NCBI GenBank assembly: GCA_047495785.1
Contig: JBLDXI010000028.1
Coordinates: 1 to 64,000, forward strand
Length of the DNA stretch: 64,000 nucleotides
Direction of reading: 5' to 3'
From: Lepidodermella squamata
Taxonomy: Eukaryota > Animalia > Gastrotricha
Shown here piece after piece: positions 33,201 through 47,049 of the stretch. Position 1 is the stretch's first letter; each line of letters opens with the position of its first letter. Under the pieces are notes generated by a model. It worked only from the letters and a program-made list of their open reading frames with translations, was not told where the DNA came from and did no database searches. Both the position numbers and the translations under genes were made by a program.

Positions 33201-36200
33201 GGGGTTTAAAATTTTCGCGCGCCGCGGCGCGGTCTCTCGCAAAAAAGAGGTAGCTCGCCACCTTACCTCGACGCGCCCATCTGCCGTCCGTTGGATGGAA
33301 GATCGCCGTAGTGCGAATCCAACGCTATTATACATACATACATTCATCTCGCGGTCACGACGCTGGCCACGTAGCGGGAAGCCACATTTTCTCGGGTCGG
33401 ATGGCTGTTAGTTCAGTACACGTGCAAAATTAGTAGTGTGGTCCAAGTCCAAAATGTTTGGAGTCCGCAGTCGGAGCCCAAAAAGGCTGGGGGAGTCCAC
33501 ACAGGGTATTCAGTAAAATTTGGGGGGTGATATGCTTTTTTTAAGCTTTTTTTTGGAAGGGGGGGGTGATATGTATTTACCCTTGGGTTCACAAAAACTT
33601 GTGGCCTGAAAAACTGCTAAAAAAGTCGACTCGCGATGAGCGAAGCGAGCTTTAGCTAACGCTTTTTTGAGCATTTTCAAGTCGAAAATGGTCTTAAAAT
33701 GCATTAAAAGTTCGAGGATTCATGGGCAACCTCTAGTTGGTGACCAATTTCAGGTGAAAGAGTCCGATGGAGCCTGGCGGAGGCCAGGTTCGGAGCCCAT
33801 TTAGAGTCCAACCTCGAAAAAACCAAAAAACGTTCGCGAGCCCTCAAAATGTCGAAAAGAGTCCAAAAGGCTTCGGAGTCCACGTTTGGACCACGTTTGG
33901 ATGTAAAGCTTCAATCATTAGCACTACTTCTCCCATGGTTTGCTAATAATATAGCCCTTGGCCTTCACTGCTTTGTGTGCATGGTGAACACTTGTACAAG
34001 TGGGACTTGTACATGGTACATGTCACAGGTGGATTAGAAACTAGAGCTCTTAGCCTTCACGCCTAACATCCTGTAATACATAGCAAAACAACACTTGTAC
34101 ACATCAGTTAGAGTTATATCTTACGCTCGCGGGACTTGTTGAATCTATAGAGAAAAGAGATGAACATCATTAACTTCGTACTTCGTAAGGTTCTAGCATT
34201 AGAGTCACTTGCAATTTGGATTTGCATTGAATATTAGGAAGCTCGCTTTTTAAACAACGCTTTTTGCAGCATAAATCCAAACAATCAGACGAGTAATCTA
34301 CGGTAAGGCTCGCCATTGTGACAACGTGGAGCGAACCCAGGCGATTCTCTCTGCATGGTTAGAACAGACCCTTATTAGTTCCGTGATAAACTTGGCCGAA
34401 CTCAGCAGCACAATCTCTGATGGCTCAGGCTATCATGAAAGAAAAGTTTTCCGGCATGACACTGATCTACAAGAGATTTAAGTCGTTTTAAGTGACAGGG
34501 AACTACAGGAACAATTTTTCTGCGCGATTGACTGCACTTGGATTTTCATGCAGCTGCTTGAGAGAGTGGGGAGTGAACGAAAACGGCGTAGGCGTTGAGC
34601 AGGGGATGCATGTGCCAATCTATGCTTCTGCCGAGCATAATCTCCGTAATCTAAACGCTCTTTGATCTATTCATAGCATCATGTTACAAGTGAGAAACAT
34701 CGAAACGTGCCAAATTTCAGAGCAGCCCGGATTTGCGCCCATCTATGGTCTATATGTAACACGGATTCCGCTGACGTGACAAGTGTACAAGACGGTACAA
34801 GACAAGTTTGCTAGTAAGTCGTAATTTTGCTAGTTTATGCTTTATCAAGTTCCCATCTGATGTTACTTATTTAATTGGCTCATGTATTGCTCACCTTCCT
34901 CGCCCTTTCTACGAAGTTTTCTTATAATAGAAATCAAGTAACTAGTAACTACCAACCAAGGAGAAGGTTGCATTCGAAATAATACGGTCTAATTATTGGT
35001 AGCAACAAGATATTGAGAACCGTAGAGCCAATTTCTGATATTTTTTTTATTTTGACGATTTTTGAATTCTCCCGGCGGGTGGTCATAAAGGTCATAAAGG
35101 TATCTTATAGGCGGCATGAGTGCTTTGTTGCGCTTAAGAAATTGTTCAAGATGTTTGAAGCAGCGTTTTTAGATTTATTGTGCGCGAGCCATAAGCCATG
35201 AGTCATGTCTTTGTGTGTGTGAGTACGCGCGAGCGCGAGTTTCAATATTGAAGGAATCTACTATTACTCCAAGGTGTTGATGTTAGTCTTAATTTTCTCT
35301 ACAATCCGGACCTTTAAACCTTAAAACCGGTCAAAAATGGTCCAAATTATGTAAACGTCCGGATAACGCAATGTGTTTTATTTGTAAAGTCCACTATTCC
35401 GGCACGAGCCATCCAAATCCGTCCGAATTATGCGAAGTCCGGCCTATGCAGGTCCCAAATCAAGACAAAAATAATGTATACGGGTATCCCAAAGCGTCGC
35501 CGAAAAACCTTGACGAGTTAGGTTGACACGTATAGGCGCGGTATTGATATTTGAATATTTCGCAAGATTCCCCATCTCAGATTACCCCTTGAATCTCAAA
35601 TGCGCATCTAAAACACTAAAGTAAGTAAATAACTTGAGAATTTATTACGTGAAGAATTACTACCTAATTGATAATTTAAAACTCGGCTTTTTCCACCCTT
35701 CCTCATTCGTCATCCTGACTCAACCGGCCACTAACTTGAATCTCGCCTGAACTTATTAGCCGCCGAGCAGGTGCTGAACGATGCGTTTTAGTATGAAACT
35801 ACTTCCGATTATTGTACTATTCAAAGTAGAACTTGTTGGTTCGACCCGGTTTAATGAGGCTGAAATAGGCCTAACTTTTTGAGACATCTCTCGCGCACAA
35901 ATTAGCTGATGCGATGTTGCACAGATAATTCATTGGTAGGCATGAGTACTGGGTGAAAACTGTATCACAATTGAGGCTGCGTTTTTAGCTAATTGTTGAA
36001 TTATGTTATTCTGTTAAGCAATTGTCTTTGTTTTTAGGTCTGGCAACCTTCCACGTGCTCAAACTGGCTGTGTTTGAAAATTACGCGTTCCAGCAACGTG
36101 CCAGAAACACGACAGATGATAGACATCGGTAGGCCTCGAGGATGAAAAAAACAACCGGCGGAAGCAGCGCAATCAACGCTAGCATCGCAAATCGGCAAAG

Positions 36201-36642
36201 TACATGGCAGTTGCACCTGATGACTATGTCAACCGGCATGGAAGATCGAACAAGATCGAATCTAGCGCAACCTCGTACAGCTACAGCAGATACGCGCTGC
36301 GCGATGATACTGCGTTGCAACTTCGGTTCGAAAACCAACAATACCTCATGACTTTTAACATGAGCTGTGTGCTAATTCGGTGACCTGGTTAAAACTGATG
36401 ATTTTTGCAAATAAAATGTTGACCCGGCCTTAATAGAACGCTTACTATTCGCTAAATTGTAAACTGCTGCACTTGATGCGGGTACGAGAAAAGGAACCGC
36501 AACAAATAACTTCATCAGCGGGTCGGAAAAACGCAAACCGGAAAAATGTCTGACAATTAAAGCAGTCTTTTTGAGCTAGTAATGTAATGAGCATTGTGAT
36601 GTAAGCATTAACTGCTGGTCTATCATAAATGGCCCAAGGCTT

Positions 36643-36779
36643 AAAAAACAGTGCGTAAAAATGTTGGCGAGCAGTTTTTTCACCATATAGTAAAATTCTG
36701 TAGCATCTTACCACACAGTGTGAATCACGCCGAAAAGCGTAAAAAAAGGCGTCGATGGAGAGGATGATGACTGGACCGT
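36643..36779 (+). repeat. ~137-bp direct repeat, copy 1
   Basis: Nearly identical to 40081-40218 (AAAAAACAG.GCGTAAAAATGTTGGCGAGC...GATGACTGGACCGT). Confidence 0.9.
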
Positions 36780-38031
36780 ACACGTGGATGCGCTTCACCG
36801 AAGTCCACGGTTTCACATGGGATGCGTCACGGCGAACTTGAGGTTAATGCCAACGTCATGGGAGAATTGGTGATGTTTCGCAACATCGGCCGCATAACCG
36901 TCCGAGACCGGCAAGGCTTCGAGCGGCGCGATGTTCGCCATGCAGAAATAGTCATTAGGTATGCTGGCGATGAGACGCCTCGTAAGTTACACATTTTGCC
37001 TCAAAACCGGATTCTCGCTGTATCTATGTTTTTATTCTTCGATGACTTACTATAGCCATGACGATTTGTGGCAACGAGCTTCTGGACCTGGCTGCGACGC
37101 AGTATCTAGCGGCCGTGAAATCGCTGAAATCTGATTTACATAACCCAGGCGTTGGTACGACAAGACTGCTCCCTAATCACTTGCGGGTGCACGCTATTCG
37201 CCCTTACTAACGATCGCAATGGCAGCCTGTCGGAACTGCCGGAACTGGCGCTGATCAACGTGACCGTGAGCAGATTGCCGCCGCCATCGCCGCCACCGAC
37301 CCGGCAATCGTACAGGACATGTTGGGAGCATTGCGTGGCCCCGTGTTCCACGTAGCCTATGGCGTGCCCGAAATGCGACGCCGCTATCGCACTCGCCGTC
37401 CAACTTTCGTCAAGGTACGCCAACCAGCAGCAAGTCGCAACGCTACAACAACCCCAGCAGCAACAACCAGCAGATCCTGCGCAACCGCAATTGCAAGCCG
37501 ACGTTGCTTCGCAGCAACCCGTGCAAGTTTCCGTGCCTGTCGCCCCCGCCGCCGCATCAGCAGCCGTGCCTGTCGCCAACGCTGGTGATGCCATTATCGA
37601 TGGTGATGACGTCGTAGGAGCTGGTCCAACGCTCAGCGTTGCTGCTATAGTTCGTCGCATACTAGCGACAGAGAGGAGCCGCCAAGTCGAATGCGCCGAA
37701 ACGCCGCAATGTTGCTACAACAGCAGCGGCGGCACTCTCGGATGTGCCATCGACAAGCAGCGCCGCGCCTCCTGCTCCGGCTGCGCTCCCTCCAGCGCCT
37801 AGTGCTCCCATGGTTCCGCCTGGCTCCGTCGCGGTCTCTGCAGCAGCATCAGCCGTCAACGATCGCTCATTGTCATCTTTTGTGCGCTTCGTCCGCGCTA
37901 ACGCAAGTAGTGGGAATTTCGCCAGCTCGACGTTCCCGTGCCTTTTGGCTCCACGAGAAGGCGGTTCCCGCTTGCGCCCGACCGACCAGCCACTGAGGGG
38001 CGTGCAGTTGGTGATGATAAACAAACAATAA
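36755..38031 (+). pseudogene. Disrupted unknown gene with a Cys-rich motif and a Gln/Ala/Pro-rich region
   Basis: Intron-like GTAAG..TATAG (~36982-37055); RTCWEHCVAPCST*PMACPKC read across a stop; consecutive ORFs in shifted frames. Confidence 0.35.
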
Positions 38032-40080
38032 AAGATAATAAACGAGAAGAGCGAGCGCGCGTTACGTGCTCGCAAACTAATACCTCAAGCGTGTGTAAAA
38101 TTTCTATGGTTGACTTGAGAAATCAATCATTTATTCTTGAGAAAAAACTTGCAATCAATGATATTCCGATACGATACCTATAATAAATATGTTAATAATA
38201 ACACAATTTTACCCAGTTTTATATTAATTTTCGACTCATATTGTAGGCATAAATTCGCTACTTGTTAACCGGAAGGGTTTGCCCATCAATTTAGCAAATT
38301 TCGTAGGCGCCTTCGCCGGGCGTGCGATCGCAATGGCAGCCTGTCGGCCGAGGACGCCCACACAAATGAAAAAGTAAACAAAATCCGCCTAAATAAAATC
38401 GCTAGATGCGACGGTCTATTAAAGACGTAAAGAATTATAGAGTTAAAGAAAGAAAGATATAAAGCTATAAAACAAACGGCGGGTGACTTACGAGAAGGCG
38501 GTTGTTTTTTTGAGCAGTGAAGGAGATGCCGAAGAGGCGACGTGTTCCGCCGCCGCCAACAGGTTCCGACTCATAGTGCGCCGACGAGTAAAAAGGTTCA
38601 GATCTACACTGCGATCTAGCGGTTGTGTTATTGTCGAATGCACTAAAATCACGTGATAGCCGGGCGGCAAAGTCACGAATACATCATGTTACAATCTATT
38701 AAGCGATTGTTGTTGTATGCCAGCAGCGCCGGTTGACTAGAAATAATTTCTATAAATTTTCCTAATAATAAAAAATGGAAACGATAGCAGTGCCTTTTTT
38801 ACAGAGAAAAACATGCGAATTTCGTGAGCGATTACAACTCAGTAATGCGATAACAGCTATGTAACCGCAAAACCTGTATAGCGAAATGAGCTCGCATAAC
38901 GGCGAATAATTATTACAATAATTTCTGATATACGAATGTCCACCTGTGATAGCAATCGTGTTCTTGTTATCGCTCACGTATCGACTTATCGCATTTAAGG
39001 GGAAAAGCGTTTAACCGTTGTTGGGTGGGTGTCCACTTCGGCACCCCACAAGGGTTGTAGAGGGTGTCGAAAAAACGCCTTTATAATGTAAGAGAGCTTT
39101 TCTAAATATAGGTGGAAAAAAACAAGCGCAAGAGACGACGATGCATTGCGCACATATGCGTGAGTTGTAGAATTGTTGTATAGAATGCAAAACACGATGT
39201 TGTAATAGTCGTATTAGGTATATTATAGTAGCCGTAGTAGAGCAGGGTGGCGTCGGCGTCGGCAGCAGCAGCAGCAGCAGATGTTCAAACTACGCGCAGC
39301 CACCCCAGTATCATAAAAAAAATGCCAACCATCATCGATGATGAAAACAACAGCAGTCAGCAGTCGGATGACTCAGTGGTAATTTCACATTTTTTCTGAT
39401 TACAGCAAAAGCAACAGCAGCAGCAGGGAATAAAAGGATCACGCCCAATTATTCAGTATTATAGGAAAGCGCGGGTGATTTAAAAAGAGCAAAAGTCTCC
39501 GCGGCGGTTGTAGTTAATGCGTGACGTGAAAAAAATCCCGATGGCGTGGAATCGAAATAGTTATTGACATGAGAGAGCCGGACGTGTGCGATGGAAATCA
39601 AAACAAGATAGATGCGTACTACCTGCGAAGCCGCCGGTCATCGGCTACTTGTCCTGTGTATTGTGTCTGCTTACTGCTTACTCATCGTGGTGCAGCATCA
39701 GCGCATTGTTTTATGAAAAATTGCGCACTAGTTTTGCGATAAGTTATAGCAATATCTAAAAAAACAATAAACGCACACAGTTGACAAGTGAGTGGATGGA
39801 TATTATCGCGATACGCCGCCGCCGTATAGGAGGGGAGGAGAGCGAGAGAGCCGCGCGGTGTCGAGCGGTGTCGCCGGCGGCGTGAATTAAAGTCAGCCGG
39901 CGATTCGGTCTATCCATCCATCCATGTGTGTCGTGTGCCGATGCAATCGCCATTTGCTGCGTTTTATAGATCTCTCGCTGCTATTATTCATCCATCACAT
40001 CAGCAATCACATGCTATGCGATAGATGGCCAATGTCCATCATCTGCCCGCGAGAGTGTTTGCTTTTCAGCCAACGCGCAC

Positions 40081-40218
40081 AAAAAACAGCGCGTAAAAAT
40101 GTTGGCGAGCAGTTTTTTTTCACCATAGTAAAATTCTGTAGCATCTTACCACACACAGTGAATCACGCCGAAAAGCGTAAAAAAGGCGTCGATGGAGAGG
40201 ATGGATGACTGGACCGTG
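40081..40218 (+). repeat. ~137-bp direct repeat, copy 2
   Basis: See 36643-36779. Confidence 0.9.
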
Positions 40219-41508
40219 ATTGATAGATCGATCGCGCGTTTTCTCGGCCTCCTCCCCGGCGCGGTGCCGAATGGAGTGTATATGCGAATGAGCTCGTGAC
40301 ATTATCAAATTTTCATGCCTACATTTGATTTTTTGTAAGAATTACGTATATGCGCCAAGTGGCCACAATCTCTTTACTTTTCGATCGAACGTGACCGACA
40401 TATAGCTAATTCGATTAGTTATTTTAGCGGCGCGTATTTCTTCATCCTGAAAACCGACAGCCGGGGATTTTCGCGGCACAGCACGTTGATACTTTTGCAT
40501 ATACGCAAAGGACCCCAACAAAAGTATTTGGGATTGCATGTCGCCTCACAACCTCATTTTATGGAATGGCTAACGCTGTTAAAAATAAGTAATTTGATTG
40601 TTACATTTGTGATTTGTGTTTTGCGGATTTATTTTCGCGTCTGCTGAGAGAGGATTCGCCAACATCCCAGTACTTATTTTTCGGAGGCGTCGGCATATGC
40701 CTATCATTGCCTGATTCCTTCCACATCATGATGGCGAGTGTGCAAAAATAAAAGATTTTATGCAAGGCGTTTGTTTTATTTTTCCATCCTTTTGAAAGGC
40801 GCCACAGGATAAAACAACATCGATCAAGAGGCCGCAGTGCGGTCTTCAACTTACCGAAGAATCCAGGTGACAGAGCCATAATAGTTAGCACTTGAAACTT
40901 CAAACCGCAGCGATATCCCCGGAGGAGTCACGATCATGACTCTACATGGCATGAGGCAATAACTCATGCTCAAACCACTTTTCTCCTCTATACTGCTGAA
41001 CTATGATGAAATATGATTATTTGGAACTTGATTACAAAATCAGATGCCAGTCGTTGACACCGTTGCAACTCAGTAGAAGCCGACTTGGTCCTTACTTACT
41101 GCAACAGCTCAAATCCTGCATGCTATTCTGCCTGAGCTATCCTGCATTAGAAAAAACTTGAAAATTGACAGTTGCGATGAGCGATAATAACATTATGAAG
41201 GATGAAGCTTGTACAATTGTACGGTTATTTGTTCGTGCAAAACCGGTCTATGACGACTTGTTGTCTAGCTGAATTTTCCGAATCCGTGATGAGTTTGCTC
41301 TTCACTGCAGCAGAAGCTAGCTAGCTATGCATCACGTAACCGACATTGATCAAACGATTTAAGCATACAAATGAGCGACAATTTTTATTATTTCGTTGGA
41401 TTGATACGAACAAAGAGTTGTTGCACAGACACAGTCGGCAGCAATATATACCTATATTTGACAGCGATTTAACTTGTTTTTGTAATCAATCAATCAATGA
41501 ATGCATTG

Positions 41509-42511
41509 CTATGCCGGCGATTGAGAGGCACTGCTCGATTGTTGTTGCGAAAGTGGCGCCGCCGCCGCCGACGAGTTGAGGATCGACGCGAGCACCTCAT
41601 CTCGGCTGCTGCTTGACCCAGCTTCTGAACTAGTCGAACTAGTGCTTGAGTTGCTGTTGCTGCTGCTCATGACGGCGAGGTTGGCGACAATGGCGCCGTG
41701 GCGGTACACGTTGCCGACGTTGTCGACGGCGAAGTTGTAGTCGCGCGGCGCGTCCAGGGCCGCCTCGATCGCCGCCTCGACGCCGTCGCGCCCGATCAGC
41801 CCGCTCGCCTGCGCCGCCACCGCCACGACGTAGTCGTCGACGAGCGCCGCGTCGACGGCGAGGCGCGACTCGCGGTCCACGCGCGCCTTCAGCCGCCGCT
41901 GCCGCTCCGCCGCGTCCGCCTCCCGCGTCCATGCCAGCCGCGCCTCGGCCGCGCGCGTGTTCCACTCGGCGTTGGCGCGCTCGCCCGCCGCCAGCCGGTC
42001 GCGCGACGCCGCCGCCGTGTCGGCGAGGCGCCGCGAGTCGTCGACGCGCTCGCGGGCCGCGCCCTCGCTCACGCTCGCCTTCACCGCCTCGGCGATGCCG
42101 GCCAGCTGCGCGTTGTACGCCGCCAGCCGCGTCGCCAGCTCCGCCTGCAGCGCCGGCTCCAGCGGCCGCGGCTTCGGCACGCGGAACATCTTCGACGGCG
42201 ACGGCGCCACCCACGGCGGCTTCCGGAACCTGACAGCCAAAACACAACAACGCACCATTTAAATAATAATCGGTAATTCAATTCAAGTTCTATTGCATGG
42301 TATAAATCTGAACCGCTCCTAATGATTGAGTGTATCCAGAACAGAATTCTAGTAGTTTTACAATCTGCAGCACTTCTGCCAATGACGCGAAGAACGATGC
42401 CTTGATCTTAGACTACGTAGATTCTTAGCAAACCCCAAATAATGAGGCTGCATGAGACTGATGTAGGGTAACTCACCGTTTAGCCATGACAATCAACGCC
42501 GAACAATTCAT
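41509..42511 (-). CDS. MRPS26: Mitochondrial ribosomal protein S26 (mS26), 2 exons
   Basis: Exon 1 42477-42511 (MNCSALIVMAKR), intron 42230-42476, exon 2 RFRKPPWVAPSPSKMFRVP...NAEWN...IEAALDAPRDYNFAVDNVGNVY, typical of mS26. Confidence 0.88.
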
Positions 42512-43359
42512 TTCAGCTGACAGCCACCAACTTCTCGAATCAGATTTTGTATAAATGACACTCCTACAAAAAGTGAAAACAAATGAAACGGCAAATTATG
42601 CTTATGTTAGAATTGCCTTTGTGGCACATGTAAGACTTGTCATCAATCGTAGCTACTCATTACGCGACGATTTCAACTTTGCAGACCTTGGTAAAGCGCG
42701 TCAAGCGCATGCAGCAGGAGAGTCTTTTTGCGTTCTAAAAGAACGAAGCATTTTTTGTTGTTCTTTGTCAACTTTATCGCCCGATAGTCACAATATAAAA
42801 CATATCACTTTTGTAAGAAGAATCAGCAAACTTGAAACGATTCCTACGACCGAAAACATCAGTCTACTGTGGCCATACGTTACTCAATCAAGTGACAATG
42901 GATGTAAAAATCGCGAAAGAGATAATGGCAGACGTCTTCGGGCATAAAGCATCCCTAGAAGAGCTAGAACAGCTCAAAATGCAAGCGATTTTCTTCCTCT
43001 TTCCTATCTTTCTCTCTCAGGCCCTGCTGCTCGTAAGTCGCGTCATGTGATTTAATATTGTACGATTTAATATTGTACGATTGTACGATTCGGCGCAGTA
43101 TCCAGTCAGGTCGAGGGATGTCTAGGTAGATTAACCGCGTCAAACGCATGAGCGACGATTACTTCACCGGGATATAGACCGCAGGCATCTTAAACGCACC
43201 TGAGGAACACAATTTGCCGAACAACTAGCCGCCTATCATCTCAGCTTGGGGAGGCACCTTGCCAAAAATCAAGTTTCGGGACTGGTCGCCTCTAACCAGC
43301 AGAACGCGAGCGGCACTGTATCGCAACCCACACAGTTTATTTCTACGACTCACCTACTG

Positions 43360-43830
43360 CCGTTGACGAAAACTTCAATGCATACTACTTCTGTTTAGTT
43401 GGAGAAAAAATAGCCAAAACGCTGTCAACGCATGCTATGAAGTGTTGCAGCTGTAATAATCGGGCCTGATCTCCCTGATCAATGTAACCTCCATCCAGAA
43501 GACTGGAAAACCAGCGTTGTATCACCAATTCACAAGTCTGCCGAGAGCCAGCTGCCTGAAAACTACCGACCGATCTCGATCCTATCTGGCGGTCTGAAAC
43601 TCTTTGAAAGTTGCCTCGTTCAGCAACTGAAGCATGTCTGAACATTTTCTTGTCAAAATACCAGTTCGGCTATCGTATACATTACTCGACGGGCAGTTGT
43701 CTGATGTCACCCGCTGCATAGTGGCTAGGTTTATTGAATTACTCCAACGTTGGCCTAGGACCTGAAGCCCTGAGCATGTTCACGGATTATTCATCAAACC
43801 GTAGCCAGAGGGTGAAAGTCAGCAAGAATT
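43360..43830 (+). pseudogene. Degraded CR1/L2-type LINE reverse transcriptase fragment
   Basis: PEDWKTSVVSPIHK...PENYRPISILSGGLKLFE (from 43495), YQFGYR, TDY..NRSQRVKV, with stops and deletions. Confidence 0.8.
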
Positions 43831-44679
43831 TCTTGAATTCAATTGCTCGAGGCAAAGTCGCAAATCAGATCGAAAACTGCGAAAAGTGACGCCGGCCTAC
43901 CCGCGGTCAATATCAATGGATCGCTGATTCAACCTCAGCAGTCAATAACTGCGTATTGCTTACCGGGGCAGTTAGTTACTCGAGAGTGCAAGTCCATAAC
44001 CGTCTCAGTTTCGTAGAACACCTGCAGATTGTCCATGCCATATGGCATAGCTAGCTGAATGAAAGCATATGAGAATGTACGCTAGAAGCATATAGAAGCA
44101 AAGAAGCATAGCGATGACGACGTTCTATACGGCTTAAGATAGAAGAAAGCTACAACAATTACGAGATGAGTTACCACCGAACAAGGGCTGTGTTCGGACG
44201 ATTTCAGTCAAACCGTTGAATTCTTCCCTTGCGCGAAATAAAACTTGTCTCTAGTACACTTGTCTCTAGCAGCCAAGATATTCACCGAAAACAACAGAGA
44301 CGACACAACACGAGGTTTGCCACACAAGTTTTTGCGCGGGTAAAGTCATGAACTTTACTTAACATACTTTTGTTTTATTAAGCTAAATATTATTATATTT
44401 GGTAAACAAATATTAACCAAATATTTCGTAACTATAGCAACGTCTTGGGTTTTCTTTGTTCATCGATTCTTTGTCGCGCTCTTGAAATCCGAACAGGAAT
44501 ATGTTTGCTTTCCAAATCATACAGTACCAAGATCAGAAGCTCTTTGATGCATGAATGAGGCGCAATTGAGCATAATTAAATTCAACATAATAGAATTTAA
44601 ATAACAGATGCCCTGTTATTAATCAATGTATGTAAACGTGAATCGTGAATGTCTAATTTTAGATTCGAAATAAATTTTT

Positions 44680-46330
44680 AGCAATGGCTCGTTCAACTGG
44701 CACTCACGAAATCAATCTAGTAAGTTCTTTTGGTACAGATTGAAGCGTGAAAAAGAGTAATGTATGTTGTTACCAGACTGATAACAATTATCACATGGAG
44801 GCGAGGAGGAAGCAAACTCGCCTGAACAAGTATTGTGGCTGTGATGATAGCGCGGTAAGCCTAAAATAGTGTATGAAGTTAGATCTATTCATGATTACTC
44901 AACTAACTATTCAAAGACTGGGTATCTGCCATCGTTTGGTCGCACCCAAAATTGTGCGAAATCGGCAACAAATCCACACGTCGGTCGTACCGATCAGAAG
45001 GTCATCCTCAATGCGTGAGTTTAGACGTATTTCCAATTCATTTCTCCATTTTGTGCGGGCTTGAAGATATTTTTATTCCGCTGAGAGGCCAGTTGCCATT
45101 TGCTAAGTCTTCCTTTCCTATGTGTTGGTTTGTAGCAACGTACATTCGTTTGAAGGTTGGGAAGTTGAATGATATTATGATATTATATGGTAGCTTTATC
45201 ATTTTGATAATCACTGTATGGTTTTATACGGCACCTCTGTTTATACTTGATTAACACAAGAATTCCCGAATCTGAATCTTAGCACAAGACTACCCAAACG
45301 GGTTTGCAAAATTCGTTAATACAGTGGTGAAAATTCGAATAGATTTTGCTACCAACAAGACGCATCGTTACGTGTATCTGACGATCCCGCAAACCACTGC
45401 TACCGAATGGCGAAAAATATTGAGAAATACGAAATTGAACGCAAGCAATTTGTTTGCTCACAGGGCGCCAACGATGCTAACTATGCCTTGGATCCGCTCA
45501 AAGAAGATGCACAATGCAGCACCAGATAAGCTCTGGGTCACTATGCGCCACAAGGAAGCTAAACCTACTGCTGATGTTGCGGAGAATAATCGCCCTAGAC
45601 TTATGCATTTCAAAGTGTGAACAACTCTATCGCAATGCGTGACTTTTTCCCCTATGTGAAAGCGATAATACCTTGATTTTTTTACTTATCTTTGCTCGTT
45701 TTGCTTTGAAATCTCAAGAGGAATAAAGAGAATTAGAGATAGTAAATAAGGATGGGTATTTCTGTGTTGCTGACAATTGGTTTGATAGATTTTTGCTGTT
45801 TTCTTTCATCACAGATGGGGCCACCGAGATCCGTATTTCCTTCGCAAATATGACCAATCAGACAAAGGGCCTGTTCTTGATACGACGTGGCGAGAAATTC
45901 GCAACTCGATCGGCTTGACAAAAGTGCCTTCATTCAAGCCAGATCCGAAAGATACGAACGTTTTCGTGCCATCATTTGACGCAACTTTCGGCCGATCGTC
46001 GCACTACAAGCCATCTTATTCGTGGCAGAAAAGCGGCGGCTGCAATTGCTGATTTGTTGGAAAAATGATCATCGTAAAATCAATCAAAATTGAACAGAAA
46101 ACGATCTGAACGAATGATGATGACGATGAAATTGTCGGTCTCACACTTGTTACATCCGTGCCGCAACCTTATTTTTGTATACCACAGCACTTTTTCTGTT
46201 GGCGAGCTTTCATTATACTTTTATACCAATTTGTTTCAGTGATCTTGGACGCATCTTGCCTTTAGTCCTTCACCTTTTGAATGAAGCAAAAATGGCGATA
46301 ACATCCTTATCGAAAGTGATTGATAGATTT
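44680..46330 (+). other. Possible unidentified multi-exon gene or pseudogene
   Basis: Alternating coding-like blocks and GTAAG/GTGAG..AG segments; no recognisable domain. Confidence 0.2.
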
Positions 46331-47049
46331 ATTTTTTCATTGTTACGAATCGTTATATTATAATATTTTATACTTTTTGATAAATCTTCTCCGCAAGTTG
46401 AATATAATAATATTATGAACAACACCAACAGCAGCAATATCTACACATACTTGATAGATCTTGACCATTAGGCACTAGCATATGAAGAATTATACAACAT
46501 TATTATTTTGCCCGATTTTTACTGTTTCAATCAGCCACAAGTTTTCGATGCGTAACACTTCGATCGATTGGCAATAAATCACTCTTTACCTGTTTTCTTT
46601 GTTGAAAATTACGGGTCGACACATACAGTAATGCATGAACTTATACGGTATAAATAACGATGATGATGCTGAAGAAATTAAAATGTCACCAGAAAATGAC
46701 AAGATTTGAGGCACAGATGAGGATTGACCGATAGAAGCATCTTCTCTTTAGTTCTTGTAGCCATGACTTGGTACTCTTGCGCCTGCTTATCGACGATGCT
46801 AATATGAAGTAGTCACGACTGCGTGTGAGCAAAGAATAGAAGAACTAGGTGAATCTACCGATGAATGGGTCGGAAGATATTTGAAAAAATATCAGATAAA
46901 ATAATATCTGGTTGATAAATTCATAACGAGGGTATAGATAGGATATAGAGTAGGATAATTATTAGAGTAAGTAAGTAGATGAGCTCGTATTCGAAGACTG
47001 AAGAGAGAAAGAGAGAGACGACAACACGAGATGAGTTGAGAGTACTTAT

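Noticed and set aside
32512-35500. Possible pseudogene and MITE remnants (32635-33040, 33430-33930, 33980-34810, 35300-35460)
   Set aside because: Only weak or short inverted matches and no identifiable protein; boundaries cannot be supported.
41639-42281. Five extra ORFs overlapping MRPS26
   Set aside because: Stop-poor because of extreme GC content; no domain signal.
43049-43092. Short tandem repeat GATTTAATATTGTAC
   Set aside because: Ordinary slippage duplication; no spacers.
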